Below are positions 28,518-36,699 of a stretch of 58,497 bases of DNA, piece by piece. The notes under the pieces were generated by a model. The model was not told where the DNA came from. It did no database searches and saw nothing but the letters and a program-made list of their open reading frames with translations. Location: assembly GCA_025061805.1 (NCBI GenBank), contig JANWZV010000001.1, positions 1 to 58,497 on the forward strand, read 5' to 3'. A program made the translations under genes and the position numbers. Every line of letters begins with the position of its first letter. Within the stretch, counting starts at the first letter, position 1. This stretch comes from Candidatus Dojkabacteria bacterium. GTDB taxonomy: Bacteria > Patescibacteriota > Dojkabacteria > J137.

Positions 28518-30572
28518 ATGAAAATAAAAAAGTTAGAATTAAAAAATTTTTTATCGTTTGGTAATGTAAAACAAGAGCTATATTTGAATAACAATTCTTT
28601 TAATCTTATTTTGGGAGAAAACCTTGATGTAGGAAATAACGTACAAAATAATAGGAATGGTTCCGGTAAAACATCTATTTTGAATGCCATAAGTTATGCT
28701 TTATTTGGTCAACCTCTGTTGAACATTAGAAAAGATAATTGTATAAATGTATTCAATGAAAAAAATATGGAAGTTTCTGTCATAATTGAGAAAAATGGTT
28801 TTGATTATGAAATAAGAAGAGGAAGAAAACCCAATTTTTTTGTTCTCAAGAATTTAACCAAAAATTTCATTATTCATGAAAAAGAAGAGAATTCACAAGA
28901 AGAATTGGAAAAAATTATTGGTTTTAATTTCGATGTTTTTAGACATATTATTGCATTGAATACTTTTTCAGAATCGTTTTTCAATTTAAGACATCAAGAA
29001 CAAAAAGATTTCATAGAAACCATTTTTGGGATAAAAGAATTATCTTTAAAATCCGAAATTCTGAAAGAAAAGATAAAACAAACCAAGGACGAAATTCAAA
29101 AAGAAAGTATAACGATAAATTCGTTGGAAAGAAACAATCAAAATATCTTAAGAATCATCGAAGATCAAAAAAATAAATCGGAACAATGGAATAAGGAAAA
29201 GAAAAATAAAATATCTTCTTTAGAACAAAAATTGAAAAAGTATTTTGAAATAAACTTTGATAATGAACTTCTATATCTTAATGATATAGAAAATCTTGAA
29301 AATCAATTCAAGGAAGAAAAAGACAAGAAGGCAAGTTTATTATGTAATATAAAAGAACTGGAAAAACAAATTTCTTTTCTTGAAAGAGAAAGAGATTTGA
29401 CGAAAAGAACCATATTATCTTTTAGTGAAAAAGAGGAAATAAGGTTATTGGATGAATCTATCAAAGATTTGATCAATGAATTGAATAAAAATACTGATAC
29501 GCTGGATAAATTAAAATCATCATTGGAAGAAAAACAAATCTTGTTGGAAAAAGAACACATAGTGTGTCATTTTTGTAACACTAAGATAAAAGATAAAAAA
29601 CATTTGGATGATTTTAGGAGAAAACTAAACGAAGAAATATCGTTTATTCGAAAAGACATATTTTTGAAAGAAAAGTATATTGATGATTTAAAAACGAAAA
29701 TCGAGGAAAAAAATAAACAGAAATCGGAAAAAGAAAAGTTTATTTTCGATCAAATACAGGATTTAGAGAAAAGAATTTTAGAATTTGATCAACAAATAAA
29801 AAATAATCAAATCATATTACAAAATTATGTCAAAGAATTGAATATGTTAAATGATAAAATAGAGAATATATTGTCTGAAATAGACAAAAAAAGGAAAAAA
29901 ATGTTTTATTCTTCGAAAGAAGAAATGTATAAAGATATTTTTGAATTTGAAAAGATAAAATTTGAACTTGAAAAAGAAAAAAACGAAAGAAATCCATATA
30001 TCGATTATATCGAAGAATTACAAAAAGAAGGCTTAAAGAAAATAGACTATGAAAATTTAAATAATTTGAGATTTTATTTTGAACATCAAGAATTTTTGTT
30101 TAAATTGTTGACAAACAAGGATAGTTTCATAAGAAAGAAAATAATGGACCAAAATTTGAATTTTTTGAATACTAGACTTTGCTATTATTTAAATGAATTG
30201 AATGTTCAACATAAGGTCAAATTTCTTAATGATTTATCTTTTGAAATAAATTACATAGGCCGGGAAGTTGATTATGATAATCTTTCCAGAGGAGAAAAAA
30301 CGAGATTGTCCCTTGCTCTTGCTTGGGCTTTTAGAGATATATACGAGAATTTACATGATGAAGTGAATTTGATATTTGTAGATGAATTTTTTGATTCCGG
30401 TTTAGATTTCAATGGCATAGAATGCAGTTCTTCTATTCTGAAGAAAATGGTAAAAGAAAGAAATAAAACCGTTTTCATCATTTCGCATAGAGAAGAATTG
30501 ATAAGTAAAGCCGACAAGATTTTCTTGGTTAGAAAAGAAAATGGATTTTCTACAATATTAGAAAATCAATAA
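28518..30572 (+). CDS. gp46: Recombination ATPase (T4 gp46 / SbcC / Rad50)
   Basis: KNFLSFGN, NGSGKT, zinc hook CHFC, LSRGE signature, VDE, ISH; long coiled coil. Confidence 0.95.
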   Translation: MKIKKLELKNFLSFGNVKQELYLNNNSFNLILGENLDVGNNVQNNRNGSGKTSILNAISYALFGQPLLNIRKDNCINVFNEKNMEVSVIIEKNGFDYEIRRGRKPNFFVLKNLTKNFIIHEKEENSQEELEKIIGFNFDVFRHIIALNTFSESFFNLRHQEQKDFIETIFGIKELSLKSEILKEKIKQTKDEIQKESITINSLERNNQNILRIIEDQKNKSEQWNKEKKNKISSLEQKLKKYFEINFDNELLYLNDIENLENQFKEEKDKKASLLCNIKELEKQISFLERERDLTKRTILSFSEKEEIRLLDESIKDLINELNKNTDTLDKLKSSLEEKQILLEKEHIVCHFCNTKIKDKKHLDDFRRKLNEEISFIRKDIFLKEKYIDDLKTKIEEKNKQKSEKEKFIFDQIQDLEKRILEFDQQIKNNQIILQNYVKELNMLNDKIENILSEIDKKRKKMFYSSKEEMYKDIFEFEKIKFELEKEKNERNPYIDYIEELQKEGLKKIDYENLNNLRFYFEHQEFLFKLLTNKDSFIRKKIMDQNLNFLNTRLCYYLNELNVQHKVKFLNDLSFEINYIGREVDYDNLSRGEKTRLSLALAWAFRDIYENLHDEVNLIFVDEFFDSGLDFNGIECSSSILKKMVKERNKTVFIISHREELISKADKIFLVRKENGFSTILENQ

Positions 30573-30593
30573 TCAAGATAAATAATAAAAAAA

Positions 30594-31763
30594 TTGAAAA
30601 AAAATAAAAAAATAACATTTTTCTTTGTTTTCTTTTTGTTGTTCTTGACTTTTTTTATCCCTTTTTTGTATTATCGAACGGATAATTTTTCTTTCTTTAA
30701 CAATATAAAAGAAGAAACACGTTATTCTTATGATGTTTTAGAAAAAACAAAAAAAGATCAATATTTGTCTCCTTTGATAATATCTTCACGATTTCCCTTG
30801 CATGGTGATTTTTTTGATAAATTTTTTTCCGTAGAAAAATATTTTATAGAAAGAAATTATATAGATAACAAGATAAATGTTTTCAATGAAGAATTAGTTG
30901 TTTATTTGAATATGGGTTTAATTAATTTTTTGTCTGGTGTTATTTTCGATGAAAGAGGACATATTCTTGTTATTACTGATTCTATTTTGAATCATGATTT
31001 TTTTTATGTCGTATACGATAAAAGCGTTTTTATATATAAAAAAGTTTATCAAAGCAAGAATCTTGGGTTTTCCATATTAGCTCCTTTATATTATAATATA
31101 AGATTTGATGATTATTATGATTTAAATGTCGATAAGAAAGATATAGGAAACACGAAAGAAAATTCAAATAAAACAAAAAAATATCATTTGTTTACATCTC
31201 ACCCGATTTTCGATAGTTCAATGAAATTTGATGTTAAGATTTTTGATGAGTTTTTCATTTATGATGTTGTTCCGATTAGATTGGCCATTGTTTATTCTGA
31301 TAATATAAGCGTTCATCCTGGAACTCCAATTTTTGATGAAAATAACAAAATTGTAAGCATGATTTATGCTAGATATTTCAAGAATGTATATTTTATCATA
31401 GATCATGCTTATATAGAAGTTTTTTATAACATCCTTTCTAAGAATATGGAAACAGACTATATAAAAACCATGGATGATAATATTTTGAGTCTAAAAAATA
31501 ACTTAAGAAAAAAATTTTTAATTCTCAATGATTCGATTCTCGTAAATTCCGGGCTTTATGTAAAAGAAGATTTTTCTATAAAATTTTTCAATTTTGTTTT
31601 TGACTTGAAAAAGGAAGATGTAATAACAAAAATAAATAATAGAAAAATTAGTTCTATTTCTGAATTGTATTACGAAATTATCACTAATTATTTTTCGAAT
31701 GAAATAAACATATTAATTTTTAGAAACAATCAGTTGATAAATATAGATTTGAAAAAAATTTGA
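30594..31763 (+). CDS. Membrane-anchored, degenerate HtrA/DegP-like protein with PDZ-like domain
   Basis: N-terminal TM helix; SGVIFDERGHILV, HPGTPIFDENNKIVSM and LKKEDVITKINNRKISS echo HtrA protease and PDZ motifs, but the catalytic His/Ser are missing. Confidence 0.55.
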   Translation: MKKNKKITFFFVFFLLFLTFFIPFLYYRTDNFSFFNNIKEETRYSYDVLEKTKKDQYLSPLIISSRFPLHGDFFDKFFSVEKYFIERNYIDNKINVFNEELVVYLNMGLINFLSGVIFDERGHILVITDSILNHDFFYVVYDKSVFIYKKVYQSKNLGFSILAPLYYNIRFDDYYDLNVDKKDIGNTKENSNKTKKYHLFTSHPIFDSSMKFDVKIFDEFFIYDVVPIRLAIVYSDNISVHPGTPIFDENNKIVSMIYARYFKNVYFIIDHAYIEVFYNILSKNMETDYIKTMDDNILSLKNNLRKKFLILNDSILVNSGLYVKEDFSIKFFNFVFDLKKEDVITKINNRKISSISELYYEIITNYFSNEINILIFRNNQLINIDLKKI

Positions 31764-31795
31764 ATTAATTCTTTTACTATAATAAAATTTATGAC

Positions 31796-32296
31796 ATGAA
31801 AATTTTAACAAACGAAAATAAAACATTGGATTTGTTGTCTGTTTATGAATCAAATTCAGAATATTATTATGGTATTCTTGATTTTTCTAACAAAAATAAT
31901 GTTGATTACTTTTTCATTCCTTTAGTTTTTTTGGAAAATTTCTATTCTCCATCAATTGAAATATTATTGAGGGGAACTACAATACAACTTCCCTTGGATT
32001 GGTTTGTTTTAATTGGAGATGAAAATGTTTCTTCTTGTGAGTTTATTTCTTTGAAATCTATAAATGATAGGAACTTCAAATTTTTTACGTTTAATCCTGT
32101 TTCGGGATACATGTACAATTTAGAAAAAATAGAGATATGCAATATATTTTACAACAAGAAATGGATATTCCCGAAATTGAAACAAAATACGGCACTTGCG
32201 TATCCTATATTTGATACTGACGATTCTCCTTGTATTTTTATTACACCGGAATGCTCAAAGCAAAATCAAGTGGTTGATTTTCATCAATTGTTTTAA
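31796..32296 (+). CDS. Conserved jumbo-phage hypothetical protein
   Basis: MKILT, DYFFIPLVFLE.F.SP, LPLDW, SINDR.F, W.FPKLK pattern. Confidence 0.7.
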   Translation: MKILTNENKTLDLLSVYESNSEYYYGILDFSNKNNVDYFFIPLVFLENFYSPSIEILLRGTTIQLPLDWFVLIGDENVSSCEFISLKSINDRNFKFFTFNPVSGYMYNLEKIEICNIFYNKKWIFPKLKQNTALAYPIFDTDDSPCIFITPECSKQNQVVDFHQLF

Positions 32297-32329
32297 TTTT
32301 TTTGTTTTTTTGAATGTTAAATATTTTTG

Positions 32330-32677
32330 ATGAAAAAATTTGAAAAAGTAATCGACATAAATGATTGGGATATAGAAACCGATTCTGGCTGGAAGTCCAT
32401 AAAAAAAATATTCAAAACCGAAAAATATGATTTATATGAGGTAAATTTTTATGATACTCGTTTCGATTTTTTTTGTGCAGATGAACATATTGTTTTCGAT
32501 AAAAATTTTGAAGAAGTTCATGTAAAGAATTTGAAGTCAGGTGATTTAATACATACGAAATATGGATTAAAACAAATAAAATCTGTAAAAAAATTGAATA
32601 TAAAAGAAAATATGTTTGATTTTGAAATAGAAGGAGAGGATCATAGATATTATGCAAATGATGTATTGCATCATAAT
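32330..32677 (+). mobile_element. Split intein C fragment (116 aa) on TerL
   Basis: IETDSGW, block B CADEH, block F MFDFEI..HRYYAN, terminal HHN then +1 Thr; no block A. Confidence 0.9.
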
Positions 32678-34024
32678 ACAACTTGTTGTGCTTCTTATAT
32701 GTTGTGGAGAGCAATGTTCAAAAAAGATCAAACTATACTCGTTGTTGCACACAACCTTAATCAAGCATTGGAAATAACAGGAAGAATAAGATTTTCTTAT
32801 GAAGAGTTACCATTTTTTATCAAGCCCGGTGTATTAGAGTATAATAAAGGATCTATTGTTTTCGATAATGGATCGAGAATAATTTCGAGAGCGGCATCTG
32901 TAAATGCAGCAAGAGGTCTAAGTATATCTTTGTTGTATATGGATGAGTTGAGTTTTATAAGAAAGAAAATGCAAGAAGAATTTTGGGCATCTGTTTCTCC
33001 CACGCTTGCAACCGGAGGAGATTGCATAATAACTTCCACTCCAGGATCCGATGAAGATTTATTTGCTCTTTTGTGGCGTCAAGCAGAAGATTGTTATGAT
33101 ATAGAAGGAAATTTAAATCCCGGTGGTGTAGGAAAAAATGGCTTTAAGGCATTCAAAGCGACATGGAGAGATCATCCTGAGAGAGACGAAGAATGGGCAA
33201 AAAAAGAAAAAGCTAAAATAGGAGAAGCAAAGTTCGAAAGAGAATTTAATTGTAATTTCATTTCTCACACAGAAACTCTTATAGATCAAATATTCTTATC
33301 TAATATGGAAGGCATAGAACCTATTTTTCAAACCGGACAAGTAAGATGGTATAAGAAAATAGATCCAGAAAAAATATACGTTGTTTCATTGGATCCATCG
33401 ATGGGAACTGGGTCAGATCCGGCAGCGATAGAAGTTTTTTCTATTCCGGATTTAGAACAGGTAGCAGAATGGAGAAGCAATGTTCATCCTATAAGATTTC
33501 AGATTCAATTGTTGTTGTCTATATTGCAATATATAGACACTGAAATAAAAAATCGTAATAAATCCAATGATTTTAATATCTATTGGACAATAGAAAACAA
33601 TACTTTAGGGGAAGCTGCTTTGTCTGTCATCGAGGATTTCGGAGAAGAAAATTTTCCGGGTATTTTCGTTAGTGAACCAGTAAAAAGAGGAAATATGAGA
33701 AGATTCAGAAAAGGTTTAAATACGACGATGAAAACAAAAATATTTGCTTGTTCAAAATTAAAAAGTTTGATCGAAAGAAACAAAATGAAAATTTATTCGA
33801 AACATTTGATCAGGGAATTGAAATATTTCGAAAATTCCGGAATGACATATAAAGCAAAACAAGGAGAAACAGATGATTTGGTCATGGCGACTTTGTTGTG
33901 CATAAGAATAGTTGATATTATTTCTTCATGGGAAGAAAAAATAGAAGATATCATGAAAGAAAAGATCACTGATGACGGAGATGAAAATTCAGAACCTTTG
34001 CCCTTTATCTTGGTCAAAAAATAA
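32330..34024 (+). CDS. terL: Large terminase subunit, C-terminal part, fused behind a split-intein C fragment
   Basis: Extein begins at TT (end of Walker A GKTT), then FDNGSRI, ARGLSISLLYMDE, ITSTP, nuclease SLDPSMG, IENN, DDLVMA; the Q-motif and RQxGK part is missing. Confidence 0.93.
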   Translation: MKKFEKVIDINDWDIETDSGWKSIKKIFKTEKYDLYEVNFYDTRFDFFCADEHIVFDKNFEEVHVKNLKSGDLIHTKYGLKQIKSVKKLNIKENMFDFEIEGEDHRYYANDVLHHNTTCCASYMLWRAMFKKDQTILVVAHNLNQALEITGRIRFSYEELPFFIKPGVLEYNKGSIVFDNGSRIISRAASVNAARGLSISLLYMDELSFIRKKMQEEFWASVSPTLATGGDCIITSTPGSDEDLFALLWRQAEDCYDIEGNLNPGGVGKNGFKAFKATWRDHPERDEEWAKKEKAKIGEAKFEREFNCNFISHTETLIDQIFLSNMEGIEPIFQTGQVRWYKKIDPEKIYVVSLDPSMGTGSDPAAIEVFSIPDLEQVAEWRSNVHPIRFQIQLLLSILQYIDTEIKNRNKSNDFNIYWTIENNTLGEAALSVIEDFGEENFPGIFVSEPVKRGNMRRFRKGLNTTMKTKIFACSKLKSLIERNKMKIYSKHLIRELKYFENSGMTYKAKQGETDDLVMATLLCIRIVDIISSWEEKIEDIMKEKITDDGDENSEPLPFILVKK

Positions 34025-34081
34025 TTTTAAAATTTTTTCTTGATCTTTTCGGTCAATCATGATATTGAGTAATTGTGTTTC

Positions 34082-34168
34082 GCGGGAATGGCGGAACTGG
34101 CAGACGCGACAGACTCAAAATCTGTTGATCGAAAGATCGTGGGGGTTCAAGTCCCCCTTCCCGCACCA
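34082..34168 (+). tRNA. trnL: tRNA-Leu (CAA)
   Basis: Acceptor GCGGGAA/TTCCCGC, anticodon arm ACAGA-CTCAAAA-TCTGT, long variable arm GATCGAAAGATC, T arm GGGGG-TTCAAGT-CCCCC, encoded CCA. Confidence 0.97.
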
Positions 34169-34492
34169 AATATTGTTTTATACGAATTTTCAGTATTATA
34201 AAATTCTAGATTGTAAAAATAATGATCATATAATATGATTTTTGTTTTTTTTATTTTTTTCAATTATGAGTTTATTTTTTCTATATTTTGATTTTTTTTA
34301 TAAATGCGATAAATTGCAAATAATGAGCGTCTATTAAAAAAGTAGGGCTTTCGATATTTATTATTTGTCAAATTATCGACAATTTATAAGAAAATGAATT
34401 AACGAATATAATTTTATTTTTTTTTGATATCGTTCAAAACATGAACAAATTTTTTTTATTATAATAAATATTTGTTAAAAAGAGAAAAAAAC

Positions 34493-34987
34493 ATGGAAAA
34501 TAACTTTCAAAAATCAGTGAATGAAGTTTTTAAATTCTTGAAAAAAACAGCAGATAAATTGAACATAAGAACATTGGACGATTCTGATTTTTTGGATCAA
34601 GCAAGAAGAATAGTGAAAAATGAAATAGTATTGAAAAAAACATCTTCTCAAAAAATTTTAAAACCAATTATGAATCAATCTACGCCTGTTAGCACGAAGA
34701 TAGGATATTATCTTTCTTCTATAATTGAATCTTTGCCTCTTAGAGATAAAGTTTTATATATTATAGGGGCTAGAATACTGGATAAACTGGAAGAATATAA
34801 TTATAATAAAAATGTTGCTTATTTTTTGAATTCAGATGAAATAAACAAATTTTTAAAATTTATGTTTACTAGATTCAAAACACATATAGCAGAGTCTTTG
34901 AAAAATAATTATAAAAATTCATTGCTGAATGAAGAATATCAAAATATAGTAAGATGGACTAAAAGTTTTAATTTAAAAAAAAAGTAA
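34493..34987 (+). CDS. Hypothetical protein; may extend to 35223 by -1 frameshift
   Basis: ORF ends in A9-G-TAA; the -1 frame stays open for 80 codons. Confidence 0.65.
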   Translation: MENNFQKSVNEVFKFLKKTADKLNIRTLDDSDFLDQARRIVKNEIVLKKTSSQKILKPIMNQSTPVSTKIGYYLSSIIESLPLRDKVLYIIGARILDKLEEYNYNKNVAYFLNSDEINKFLKFMFTRFKTHIAESLKNNYKNSLLNEEYQNIVRWTKSFNLKKK

Positions 34988-35237
34988 AAGAGAGCGATAT
35001 AATTCTTAGAAATCCAGGTAGAGAATTAATACATTCTGTTTCTACACCATCAGAACAAACATATAAAAGATTAAAAAAAGATTTTTTTATCTTATATAGA
35101 AAAAATAAAGATATCACTCTAGAAGATTTGATACAATTTTCACTTGAATGGAAAGAACTATTTGATTTTAATCATGCATTAGCTTTCAATATTTTTGAAA
35201 GGCTAAAATTAAATTTTAAATAACAAAAAATATTTTA

Positions 35238-35266
35238 TTGACTCTAGATATATTATTCTTTAATAT
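35238..35266 (+). promoter_or_regulatory. Sigma70-type promoter for ssb
   Basis: TTGACT, 17-nt spacer, TAATAT; AGGAG RBS. Confidence 0.55.
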
Positions 35267-35286
35267 ACAAAAAAAGGAGAAAAAAT

Positions 35287-36366
35287 ATGAATAGATTAGA
35301 AATGATAAGGGAAAAATTGAGAACCCAGCTTTCTCAAAAAGAAAGCATCGGGGGAGACAAGTCGGTTTATCCGTTTTGGAATTTGAATGATGGGGAATCA
35401 AGCGAAATACGATTCTTGCCGGATGGTAATCCAGATAATACTTTCTTTTGGATTGAAAAATCGGTAATCCGATTACCATTCAATGGCACAATAAATGGTC
35501 AAAATAATACGGATAAAGAAGTTTATGTTCAAGTTCCATGCATGGAAATGTATGGAAAGACCTGTCCTATATTGCAAGAAACAAAGCCATGGTGGAATGA
35601 TAGCGAGTTAAAAGAACTCGCAAGAGTTTACTGGAGGAAAAAGACATATCTTTTTCATGGTTTTATAGTGAAAGATGGTCTCAATGAAGAAAATCAACCA
35701 GAAAATCCTATAAGAAAGTTTATGATAAATGTATCTATTTTTGAAATCATCAAAAATACTCTAATGGATCCTGATATTGAAGATTTAGTTGTTGATTTTG
35801 AAAAAGGAAGAGATTTTAGAATTCAAAAAACAAAAAAAGGTCAACAATATTCTGATTACTCTACATCGAGATTTGTCATAAAAACAAGGCCTTTGTCTTC
35901 GAGAGAAAGGGAAGCTATCAATGAATATGGTTTGCCGGATTTAAGAACTTATCTTCCTCCGCAGCCTGACAATAAAACACTAAATGTTATCATGGATATG
36001 TTTCATGCTTCAGTGAATGGAGAAGCCTATGATTTCAATAAGTGGGGAGACTTTTATAAACCCATGAATTTCCAGGCACCGGATTTGATTCAAAATGAAA
36101 GCACGAAAAATAAATTGATCCAAATTAAATCGTTAAGTAAAAAAGATACAACTGAATTTGAAAACGTATCTTCAAAAAGAAAAAATATCGTAGAAAATGA
36201 ATCTCAAGAGGATGAAGAGTTTGAACACGATAAAGAAGTTGTTTCGGTTTCACCAGTCGTTGTAAAATCTAAAGTAGAAGATGAAAATGATACGAATAGT
36301 GTAGAAGAAGAAAAAACACGAAGAATATTGGAAATGATAAAAAGGGCAAAAAATAGACAATCATAA
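35287..36366 (+). CDS. gp32: Single-stranded DNA-binding protein (T4 gp32-like)
   Basis: YPFWN, IRFLPD, VPC.EM...CPI, YWRKK.Y, G.DF...KT.K...YSDYSTS.F; acidic tail. Confidence 0.9.
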   Translation: MNRLEMIREKLRTQLSQKESIGGDKSVYPFWNLNDGESSEIRFLPDGNPDNTFFWIEKSVIRLPFNGTINGQNNTDKEVYVQVPCMEMYGKTCPILQETKPWWNDSELKELARVYWRKKTYLFHGFIVKDGLNEENQPENPIRKFMINVSIFEIIKNTLMDPDIEDLVVDFEKGRDFRIQKTKKGQQYSDYSTSRFVIKTRPLSSREREAINEYGLPDLRTYLPPQPDNKTLNVIMDMFHASVNGEAYDFNKWGDFYKPMNFQAPDLIQNESTKNKLIQIKSLSKKDTTEFENVSSKRKNIVENESQEDEEFEHDKEVVSVSPVVVKSKVEDENDTNSVEEEKTRRILEMIKRAKNRQS

Positions 36367-36389
36367 GAACAAAAATTTATCATCATTCG

Positions 36390-36418
36390 AAAGGGCAGAT
36401 GAAAATCTGCCCTTTTTT
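36390..36418 (+). terminator. Rho-independent terminator
   Basis: AAAGGGCAGAT-gaaa-ATCTGCCCTTT followed by a T run. Confidence 0.9.
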
Positions 36419-36436
36419 ATTTCATAAATAATATAT

Positions 36437-36625
36437 ATGAAAAAAATATTTTTGAATTTAAATATGAATTATCTGTTGGAAAAATATGAACCGACAAATA
36501 AAATATTATGGGGAAGGGCAAAAGCAGAAGCGAAAAAAAGGTTTAAGGTTTATCCCTCTGCGTATGCCAATGCATGGGCAGCAAAAAAATATAAAGAGTG
36601 GGGCGGAACCTGGAAAAAAGTTTGA
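36437..36625 (+). CDS. Small conserved basic phage protein
   Basis: PTN..LW..AK..AK..F.VYPSAYANAW..K.YK..GG.W motif, recurrent in phages; late motif 6 nt upstream. Confidence 0.75.
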   Translation: MKKIFLNLNMNYLLEKYEPTNKILWGRAKAEAKKRFKVYPSAYANAWAAKKYKEWGGTWKKV

Positions 36626-36699
36626 AATATTAGCGCGATTTGTTGTTGATGTCTTTTAAAAAACAGTATTTTTTTGATAATAAATATTTTTTATAAAAA

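Noticed and set aside
31796..32296. Candidate TerL N-half/IntN partner directly upstream of terL-C
   Set aside because: No RQxGK motif or intein block A at its C-terminus; looks like an unrelated conserved phage protein
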